DNA from: a candidate division FCPU426 bacterium
Lineage (GTDB): Bacteria; Oederibacteriota; PGYV01; Palsa-1178
Assembly (NCBI GenBank): GCA_003159495.1
Contig: PLPI01000055.1
Location: forward strand, 3,275-67,274
Reading direction: 5' to 3'
DNA: 64,000 nucleotides
The notes beneath the pieces were generated by a model that did not search any database, was not told the DNA's origin, and saw only the letters and a program-made list of their open reading frames with translations. The translations under genes and the position numbers were made by a program. Of the stretch, positions 56,779-64,000 are shown piece after piece (within the stretch, counting starts at the first letter, position 1; each line of letters begins with the position of its first letter).

Positions 56779-57453
56779 ATGAAAAAAACATTATTTTTTA
56801 TATTCACGGCGGTACTGGCGCTTCTTTCGGTATCGGCTTCCATAGAAATGGTAAGGCTTGTCCGCGGGCTTTCGGTCACCACCCACGAGGAAATATCATT
56901 TCTTTCCGGTTTTATCGTGTATATGGTAATTCACTTCCTGTTTTATAAGCCGGTTTTCGCCCATGTTATGGCGCATGAACTGACGCATATGTTCATATCG
57001 GCCCTTTTCGGCGGAAAGACAAAGTCGCTGCATGTATCCACGGAGGGCGGAAAAGTGCTGGTTTCAAAATCAAATTTTATCGTTTCCCTGGCCCCGTATT
57101 TTTTTCCCCTTTATGCTTTTGTCGCCGCTTTTATTTATTTTATAGCCAGGGATGAATACAGGGTTTATGTGGCGTTCTTTGTGGGGGCGGCGCTTTCTTT
57201 TCATATTGCCCTGACAATATTTTCGCTTACCACGAAACAGAGCGACCTTTATGAGGACGGCACAAATATAGTGTTCTCGCTTCTTTTTGTTTTCTTTATG
57301 AACATAATGATAATAGCGCTGATACTTTCCATTGTTTCGCAGAAGGTGAATTACCTTGTTTTTATGAAAGACACGGCGGCCGGCTGCTGGGAAATAATCA
57401 GCCGGCTGTGGACGTTTGCATCCTCGTTTCTATACGGCGGCAGGCGCCGCTAA
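56779..57453 (+). CDS. Polytopic membrane protein with an HExxH motif (putative zinc metalloprotease-like)
   Basis: HVMAHELTHMF within or near a TM helix; 224 aa. Confidence 0.45.
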   Translation: MKKTLFFIFTAVLALLSVSASIEMVRLVRGLSVTTHEEISFLSGFIVYMVIHFLFYKPVFAHVMAHELTHMFISALFGGKTKSLHVSTEGGKVLVSKSNFIVSLAPYFFPLYAFVAAFIYFIARDEYRVYVAFFVGAALSFHIALTIFSLTTKQSDLYEDGTNIVFSLLFVFFMNIMIIALILSIVSQKVNYLVFMKDTAAGCWEIISRLWTFASSFLYGGRRR

Positions 57454-57461
57454 ATTCCATA

Positions 57462-59153
57462 TTACCATTCAAGTTTTTGTTTCTGCAGTTCGAGGAATTC
57501 CTTTGTAATCTTTTCCATATATCCGCGTGCTTCCTGGTTGTCAGGGTCGAGCTTTAAATACTCGCGCCACAGCCCGATGGATTTTTCAAAATCGCCCTTT
57601 GTATAAAGCAAAACCGCGTTGTTGTAAAGATCGCCGAGTTTTTTGTCCTTTTCCGTTTTTTGAGCGGTCACGGCATCAACTTTTGCCTTTATCTTCTGCT
57701 GTGCCTGCTGTATATAATTGTATACCATCCTCTGCATGGGCGAGGCTTTTATGACCTTATCCCATTCGTCCACGGCTTTTTCGTAATTGCCCGAAGTGTA
57801 ACTCGCCAGCCCCTTCTCAAAATGTTCCTTGATGACTTCTTTATTGCCTTCCTGGACGGCGAGGTTCTTTTCGCCGAGGGTCGTAATAAGCTCCTGCGCG
57901 TTGGCCAGTTTTGCGGCGGCTTCTTTATTATCCGGCTCAAGGTCAAGGGCGTTTTTCAGGCTGACCATGGCGTCTATGTAAAGGTTCTGTTTCATGAGGT
58001 CATCCGCGTCATTTATAAAGTTTATTACCTTTGTCCGGCTGAGCAGCGTTTTTATCTCCGCCTGTTTTTGGGTGAACCAGGGGTCGCCCGGGGCCCATAT
58101 GAGGGCCTTGTCGACGGATATGCCGGCATTCTCGTAATCGCCGGATTTCATAAAATCCTCGGTTTCCTTTTCATATTTTGAGACTGTTTCGGATTTTATC
58201 TGCTCAATAAGCTCGTATTTTGCCTTTTCTTCCTTTGTCCTGAATTTGCTCTCGATTGAACGGACGTTATCGCCAAAATCATACGTTATTGAGAACCTGT
58301 GGACAAGGTCAAGGCTTGTCTGGACAAGGGCATAATTCAGGCGCGCCCCTGAATATTTTAATGAAGCGCCGCAGGAGATGCCGCTGTTTGAAAAGCCAAG
58401 GCGTACGGAAAGAAAATTATAGGCCGAAAATTCCGCACCGCAATGCGCGGTTATGCCGGTGATGTATTCCTCTCCTGAGAATCCGGCGCCAACCCGGACC
58501 AGCCCGGAAATCTCTTCAAGCACATGCTTTTCCCATCCGAGAGTGACGTCGTAATAAAGAGGCAGTGTGTCGGATGATGACGAGTAGCGGAAATCGGGTT
58601 CCAGCAGGTCGCCGGCAAAGAGCGAAAGCTTGGCGTCATAGGGAAGAAAAATAATGGAACCGGCGTCAATGCCGAAACCGGAAACGGATATGTTGTAAAA
58701 GTCATGGTTAATATACCGCGCGTTCGCGCCAACGTCCATCAGGCCGAGTATGTTTATCCCGTAGGAAAGGTAAAGTGATTTATAAGTATCGGAAAAAGTC
58801 CCGGTAAGGATGTTATTCGCGTCGCGTTCCTCCACGTTTCCCGAGTCCAGCAGCACGCCGGAAACGGAAAGGGTGCCCCTGTCAATAATCGGGCAGGCGT
58901 AACTCAGGCAGGAGACCATTGCGCCGTCAAAAAGGTTGTAATACATCAGCCCCAGTTCCTGGGTCTGGACAGAACCGAGCCCGGCCGGGTTTGTAAAGGC
59001 GGAAAACGCGCCCGAGGTAAAAGGGGCGTAGGAACCGGACATGCCGGAATTTATAATATCACTGTCCGAAAAGAAATAAAGGTTGTTGGCGGCAAGTATA
59101 GCCGGTAAAAACATCAGCGAAGCCAGCGTTAAGATGCGTAAGTTTTTTTTCAT
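57462..59153 (-). CDS. Outer-membrane beta-barrel-like protein (PorP/SprF-like N-terminal region) with a C-terminal TPR domain
   Basis: Signal peptide; FTNPAGLG motif near the N-terminus; alternating beta-strand pattern for ~300 aa; then TPR-like repeats. Confidence 0.45.
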   Translation of the reverse strand: MKKNLRILTLASLMFLPAILAANNLYFFSDSDIINSGMSGSYAPFTSGAFSAFTNPAGLGSVQTQELGLMYYNLFDGAMVSCLSYACPIIDRGTLSVSGVLLDSGNVEERDANNILTGTFSDTYKSLYLSYGINILGLMDVGANARYINHDFYNISVSGFGIDAGSIIFLPYDAKLSLFAGDLLEPDFRYSSSSDTLPLYYDVTLGWEKHVLEEISGLVRVGAGFSGEEYITGITAHCGAEFSAYNFLSVRLGFSNSGISCGASLKYSGARLNYALVQTSLDLVHRFSITYDFGDNVRSIESKFRTKEEKAKYELIEQIKSETVSKYEKETEDFMKSGDYENAGISVDKALIWAPGDPWFTQKQAEIKTLLSRTKVINFINDADDLMKQNLYIDAMVSLKNALDLEPDNKEAAAKLANAQELITTLGEKNLAVQEGNKEVIKEHFEKGLASYTSGNYEKAVDEWDKVIKASPMQRMVYNYIQQAQQKIKAKVDAVTAQKTEKDKKLGDLYNNAVLLYTKGDFEKSIGLWREYLKLDPDNQEARGYMEKITKEFLELQKQKLEW

Positions 59154-59163
59154 TGTGCCACCA

Positions 59164-61512
59164 TCACTTTATTAATGTAATTTTACGCGAAAGGGTCTGC
59201 TTTGAGCCCGACGCGGATTTGAATTCCGACCTTACTATGTATGTGCCGGCAAGGCATTCACGCCCCGAACTGCCGGAACCATCCCAGAAATCCTCCTCAT
59301 GTGAACCGGGAGCTTTTGGAACGCCGTCACAGATAACGCGGATGAGACGGCCGGTCAAATCAAATATTTTTATTGTAACGCTTGACTGGGTGTCAAGATA
59401 ATAGGCAAATTTGGTCGGCTCTCCCGGCCTGAAAGGATTCGGGTAATTGGTAAGCGTGAGCACCGAAGTATCTCCGGTTATGTAACCCGTGCCCGATGAC
59501 ATGGGGAAAGAGTCGCCGGAAGCGGCAATTATCGAAATCACGCGAAGAGGGTCGTTGTCCTGATAAACATTGAGGCCTGCCGCCGAGACGAGAGAAACCT
59601 GCATGGATTTTGCCGTGGCATCGGGGCGCGGAAAAATATAAATTGCGGCGTCGGCCGGTACCGTAATCGGCCTGGGGAAAACAATATAGAAAGTGGAGCC
59701 TGATGACGGCGCGGCTGTTGTAAAGTCCTGGTCAAGGGCGGTCACGCGTATTGAGGAAACAGCGGAGGAAAAATCCTCGGCCGTACCATTGCTGTCCGAG
59801 GCCGTAAGCGTTATGCCCCTTACGAGAAGGGTTCCGGAACCGAATGAAAGCGGGGCGGTGAGGTCAATATCCATTATTTTAACGCCGGCATCTCCTTTAT
59901 AAAGGTTTTTCGGCATTGACGGGACGTGGCTGACGGTGAAAGAACTTGACAGAAGCGCGGTGTTGGAAAAGAACGGCAGCTGTATTGATGGAATTACCAC
60001 AACGCTGGAAAAAGAATTTTTATCCCTTGCAAGGATATCCTGCGCCGAAATAATGCCGGCTTTCATGCTGTTTGAAACAGTTGAGGAACTTATATCGGCC
60101 CTTACCACTACGGTAACGGCAGAGCCGGCCGGGACCACGATGGTGTTTATCAGCGGTATAGAGGAAAAATCACCCGAGGTTTCAAGAGTCGAAGCGTTTT
60201 TTGAACCGTATATGATGGACCCGTCCGGGCTTGTCACATATATTTTTGATAGAAGGTTTGCGGGGATAAGCGGGTTTGAGTTGATGTCGTTTAAAGTAAT
60301 TTTAATGTTGTTGACCTCGGCCGAGGCATAATTTGCCGGAACCGGGCTTGAGAATCCCACCTCAAGAAGGGTGACGTTCTGCTGGCCCTTGTTTACATTC
60401 TGCGCAATATCGCTGACGGCCCAAGCCGAGATTGAAACCGCGGCCGGTTCTATGGTCGTATAATTGGAATTCATCGTAAATCCGGTGGAATCCGCGGGAT
60501 CCGCCGAGACCGTCACGAAAGCGGAAGTGTAGTAATCCATGGCCGTTATGCAGCTTCCGGAAACGAGCGAGAGGACAAAATTTTGCCCGGACGACGCCGC
60601 GGATGTAGTGACTGCCGCGTAAACCGTCGTGGTGACAGAACTCCCGGCCGGGACTATCAGGGATGAAATCGGTATAATGACAGCGGTGGCCGCGTCCGGT
60701 ATGGCCGCGCCGGAACTTGAACCGTATATGGTGCCGTTTGATTCGTCCTGAACGCGTATGCTTGAAATAATACCGGCAGGGTCCAGGATGGTGCCATAAG
60801 GGGTCTCCGTCTGCACCGTAATGGTTATCGAAGTGACAACGACAGGCGCGGATGAAGGAGCGGAGTTATTCGAGAATGTAAGTTCCATGGGAATAAGATT
60901 TTCCTGGCCGGTTGAAACGTACGGCTGCATTGTGCCGTTTGCGTGGGAAATGAGCAGCGAGGACGCCGGCGAGGCCTGCGCAACCTGAAGGACGGCGGGC
61001 GACGCTGGACGGTTCAAAGGGTTTATAACCGAGCCGGAAACCCATGAAAGGCCGTTTGACTGCATCTCAATCGTGCCTCCCACCGGCGAGGATGAAATAT
61101 CCACGGTCACGAATATGCCGGAGTTGTTCGATACAACAAGCGGCGCCGGGGAAAGTGTCCATGTTGCGCCTGAACCGTCAACACTAAAAACGCCCGCAAC
61201 AGATGCGTCGGAAAAATTATTATCGGCTGAATACCACAATTTTACGGTCCCTCCCGCAATCGACTGCGGTTCGGACGCGACGCCCTGGAACCATGAGTTA
61301 AGGGTATTTTTTATCGAGATGAATGAAAGTGTATCGCCTGAGGCATCGGCGGAAATTGACATGTGATAGACAGGATTGACGGTTGTGCCGGCCTCAAGAT
61401 AGGCGCCGTCAATGCCCACCGGTGTTATGCTCACGGAAGTTACGGCTGAAAAAACGGCAAAAGGAAAAATGACCGCGGAAAGTAATAAAATCAAACCCTT
61501 AAAATTTTTCAT
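59164..61512 (-). CDS. Large secreted protein with a T9SS-type (Por) C-terminal sorting domain / FlgD-Ig-like tail
   Basis: Signal peptide MKNFKGLILLLSAVIFPFAVFSA from Met at 61512 (RBS aaggag). The C-terminus NYPNPFRPGEPTKFAYYL...VTIKIFDLTGRLIRVI matches the Por secretion tail consensus. Confidence 0.6.
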   Translation of the reverse strand: MKNFKGLILLLSAVIFPFAVFSAVTSVSITPVGIDGAYLEAGTTVNPVYHMSISADASGDTLSFISIKNTLNSWFQGVASEPQSIAGGTVKLWYSADNNFSDASVAGVFSVDGSGATWTLSPAPLVVSNNSGIFVTVDISSSPVGGTIEMQSNGLSWVSGSVINPLNRPASPAVLQVAQASPASSLLISHANGTMQPYVSTGQENLIPMELTFSNNSAPSSAPVVVTSITITVQTETPYGTILDPAGIISSIRVQDESNGTIYGSSSGAAIPDAATAVIIPISSLIVPAGSSVTTTVYAAVTTSAASSGQNFVLSLVSGSCITAMDYYTSAFVTVSADPADSTGFTMNSNYTTIEPAAVSISAWAVSDIAQNVNKGQQNVTLLEVGFSSPVPANYASAEVNNIKITLNDINSNPLIPANLLSKIYVTSPDGSIIYGSKNASTLETSGDFSSIPLINTIVVPAGSAVTVVVRADISSSTVSNSMKAGIISAQDILARDKNSFSSVVVIPSIQLPFFSNTALLSSSFTVSHVPSMPKNLYKGDAGVKIMDIDLTAPLSFGSGTLLVRGITLTASDSNGTAEDFSSAVSSIRVTALDQDFTTAAPSSGSTFYIVFPRPITVPADAAIYIFPRPDATAKSMQVSLVSAAGLNVYQDNDPLRVISIIAASGDSFPMSSGTGYITGDTSVLTLTNYPNPFRPGEPTKFAYYLDTQSSVTIKIFDLTGRLIRVICDGVPKAPGSHEEDFWDGSGSSGRECLAGTYIVRSEFKSASGSKQTLSRKITLIK

Positions 61513-61943
61513 GAAAACTCCTTGATCCGGCGGATGGGCAGACAAAAAATCAGAAAGCAAAACCGCCTGATGTCGTTTTGTTGTCCATAACATTATCGGT
61601 ATTGATAATATAAAGATTAAATAATATCGCAGTTAAAAGGATATTATAATAATGTAACAATGTCAAGCGGGATGTCAAAAAGGAAGTAAAAAGGGAAAAA
61701 ATTTTTGATAAAATCAATTTTGTTTTCATATTATGAAACCACAACAAATTGTATGCCGAGATACTTTAAGACACACTATAGTGCGTTTTTTTTGCCTTAA
61801 AACAATGGGCTTTACTTAAAAAGTGCATTCAACCATTTTACCTGCTTGACAATACTATTATCAACTAAGTATAATGTTAACGTTAATATGGATTTTAAAT
61901 GCGTAATAATATATACTTATATTAATGATAGGGAGGTTTTGCT

Positions 61944-62216
61944 TTGAAAAAAGAAGATACTGTTTTGCTTGAAAAAATAAATGATACGCCCGCAGGCGAT
62001 AAAACATTATTCGGGATTAAAGAGGTTTCGGAATTGCTTTGCGTCCATCAGCAGACATTAAGAAACTGGGAAAGAAAAAAAGTGTTAGTGCCGCTGCGCG
62101 CCGGAGACAGGCGCGTTTATACCGCGGAGCACATTGAACTTTGCAGGAAGATAAAGGAGTTTTCCGGCAAGGGAGTTCCTTTAAAAGGAATCAAAGAGCT
62201 TATCAATAAAATCTGA
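61944..62216 (+). CDS. MerR-family transcriptional regulator
   Basis: HTH FGIKEVSELLCVHQQTLRNWE. Confidence 0.7.
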   Translation: MKKEDTVLLEKINDTPAGDKTLFGIKEVSELLCVHQQTLRNWERKKVLVPLRAGDRRVYTAEHIELCRKIKEFSGKGVPLKGIKELINKI

Positions 62217-62245
62217 ATAAAACGGCAACAGCCGGAGGATATTTA

Positions 62246-62539
62246 ATGGCGCAGTCAAAAGCAGAGAAAGATATGATAGTTAAGAATTATATGGAGGATA
62301 TTGTAAGAAGGAATATGGACGAACAGTATGAAGGCAGGCAGGATGTATGCAAATGCGCAAGGTGCCGTCTTGACGTATTCGCCCTTGCGATAAACCGTTT
62401 GCCGCCAAAATATGTGGTTTCCGACAGGGGGCATATTTTTACTAAACTGCAGGAGATGGAACAGCAGTTTAATGCCGACGTAACAAGGGAAGTTTTAAAG
62501 GCAATTGATTTTATAAAGACACATAAAAGGCATCAATAG
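62246..62539 (+). CDS. ComFB-like protein
   Basis: Four conserved Cys (CKCARC...) and a NRLPPKY-type motif. Confidence 0.5.
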   Translation: MAQSKAEKDMIVKNYMEDIVRRNMDEQYEGRQDVCKCARCRLDVFALAINRLPPKYVVSDRGHIFTKLQEMEQQFNADVTREVLKAIDFIKTHKRHQ

Positions 62540-62617
62540 GGATATGTAATACCTGTTATCATACGGGAATGTTAACAGGGTTGTAAAACTAACGGGAAAA
62601 TTGTTTTCAGGGAGATT

Positions 62618-64000
62618 ATGGGGAAGTTGTCTGACGGCTTTAAAAAAGTTCCCACAGGAACGGCTATAAAGGCGCTGCTGGCGTTGTTTGTAATTTTATT
62701 TTTGCTGCCTTTAAGGCTGAACGCGGTTCCGGATATACCTTCGGACAGGATAAAAGGCGAGGATATAATCGCTTACGATCCAATCGACGGTAAATTCGTA
62801 TATTCTGCCATGTCCGGCAATATAAAAAAGTCGGGAGTTGATGTTTCGAAATTCAGGAGCAGGCGTATACGCTCATCCAAACATAGCGATACGGACATAT
62901 CCGAATATTCTATTTCAGAAGGCGATGTTGTCGCGCTGGCGGCAAGGCTCCATAAGAGTGTTGACAGGGCGGCCATTAAAAGATCCAGGCTCAACACACG
63001 CAAACTGAAGGACAATGTTTACAGGCTGGAGCTTTCCGACAAGGCCGACGGGCAGTGGTACAGGTTCCAGATGGATATTCCGCACGGCTCAATAGTCGAA
63101 AAGATAATCAGGGATGACGGTGTTGAAATAACCAACGACCTTGTCCCGGACGGCGCAGGAAATTACACTTTGCAGAACAGGTTTTACAGGGACGGCGACA
63201 AGCTTTATTTTTATGACGACCCGATAAACGGGTATTCGGTTGTTTTGTATCCGGCATCGCCCAGTTTTTCCATGCTGATCGAAGAGGCAAGCGCGGCAGG
63301 CGGCGGCTGCGGGCAGATATCGTGCATCATGTACCCTTATGACGGACAGACAACTCTTGAGAATAATACGGCAATTGACCATCTGGGCAGGAGCGGGGAC
63401 AACGGCATAGGAAGGAACGTTTCCAACGACGGCGGAAATAAGATGGCATTCAGGTATCAGAGCTCGTCGGGCGGACTCTATTATCAGTACGGCAATACAG
63501 GAGCGACCGAGAATTCTTATCCCGCTGTGCGCGGCAGGGCCTTTACACATGTGAGCCAGAATTACAACCACATGAATACCACACCGTGGGGACAGACAGA
63601 GGCGGCAATAACGACGGTTTTTGACACGACACAGGCCAGCCCGGAAATACCTTTTACCATAACCAAAAAGACAATAATCCGCGGTAATATGAAGTGGTTC
63701 GCCACTATTTTCTACATAACAAATTCCGGGACACAGGGGCTTACGGCTTCTAATATTGATTTTTTTAACTGCTCTGACTTTGATTTTGACGGCGACCCCA
63801 ACGGGGACAGCTGCTCTTATGATCCGGCCAATGACACTTTTTACGGTTATAAACCTGCCGGGAACCCGATAGCATATATGGGGTTTGCCAGCCCTTCACT
63901 GAGTATAGCCCACGATGTAAATGTATGGAACCTGATGTGGGGGGATGTGCAGAACGCGGCCCTTAATAATGCCGCGGTCTACAACGGCGACGCTTCAGGC
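62618..64000 (+). CDS. 3'-truncated secreted protein (>=461 aa)
   Basis: ATG at 62618 is followed by an open frame to the window end; verified codon by codon. N-terminal signal/TM MGKLSDGFKKVPTGTAIKALLALFVILFLL. Confidence 0.5.
   Translation, partial: MGKLSDGFKKVPTGTAIKALLALFVILFLLPLRLNAVPDIPSDRIKGEDIIAYDPIDGKFVYSAMSGNIKKSGVDVSKFRSRRIRSSKHSDTDISEYSISEGDVVALAARLHKSVDRAAIKRSRLNTRKLKDNVYRLELSDKADGQWYRFQMDIPHGSIVEKIIRDDGVEITNDLVPDGAGNYTLQNRFYRDGDKLYFYDDPINGYSVVLYPASPSFSMLIEEASAAGGGCGQISCIMYPYDGQTTLENNTAIDHLGRSGDNGIGRNVSNDGGNKMAFRYQSSSGGLYYQYGNTGATENSYPAVRGRAFTHVSQNYNHMNTTPWGQTEAAITTVFDTTQASPEIPFTITKKTIIRGNMKWFATIFYITNSGTQGLTASNIDFFNCSDFDFDGDPNGDSCSYDPANDTFYGYKPAGNPIAYMGFASPSLSIAHDVNVWNLMWGDVQNAALNNAAVYNGDASG

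Noticed and set aside
1-64000. CRISPR arrays, rRNA or tRNA genes
   Set aside because: No regularly spaced direct repeats and no tRNA-like cloverleaf or rRNA-like segments were seen. Intergenic regions are short apart from those described.

Overview
This ~64 kb window from an unidentified bacterium is dominated by a nearly complete flagellar regulon, all on the + strand. Its order is flgB-flgC-fliE-fliF-fliG-(fliH::fliI fusion)-fliJ-fliK-flgD-flgE-flbD-motA-motB-fliL-fliM-fliN-fliO-fliP, then a 4.3 kb insertion, then fliQ-fliR-flhB-flhA. After that come a sigma-54 enhancer-binding response regulator, a small membrane protein, fliA and a hybrid REC-GAF-histidine kinase. The cluster continues with flgF-flgG-flgA-flgH-flgI, flgM, flgN, flgK-flgL, fliW-csrA, a 273-aa flagellin, fliD, an unknown gene, fliS, and a PilZ-domain protein. 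Upstream of the regulon are a 5'-partial lipoprotein gene, a nitroreductase, a radical-SAM plus UbiA/MenA-like prenyltransferase pair, a lipoprotein gene and sufC-sufD (minus strand). Downstream are hypothetical, TPR/LRR repeat-rich and secreted proteins, leucyl aminopeptidase, a PilT ATPase fused to TPR-like repeats, an HExxH membrane protein, a PorP/SprF-like outer-membrane protein with a TPR tail, a large protein with a T9SS-type C-terminal sorting domain, MerR and ComFB-like genes, and a 3'-truncated secreted-protein gene. I found no rRNA, tRNA, CRISPR array or transposase. The points worth a second look are: (1) fliH and fliI form one continuous ORF. (2) A methyltransferase/kinase-like fusion gene and a membrane histidine kinase with degenerate ATP-binding boxes are inserted between fliP and fliQ. 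(3) Three sigma-54-type promoters share the motif CGGCAY-N5-GTGCW upstream of flagellar operons, together with a sigma-54 activator encoded after flhA. (4) A hairpin-forming repeat element occurs in two copies. (5) A FliW-CsrA-flagellin module has predicted CsrA sites in the flagellin leader. Every call rests on reading the translations and the sequence by eye; no database search was run.
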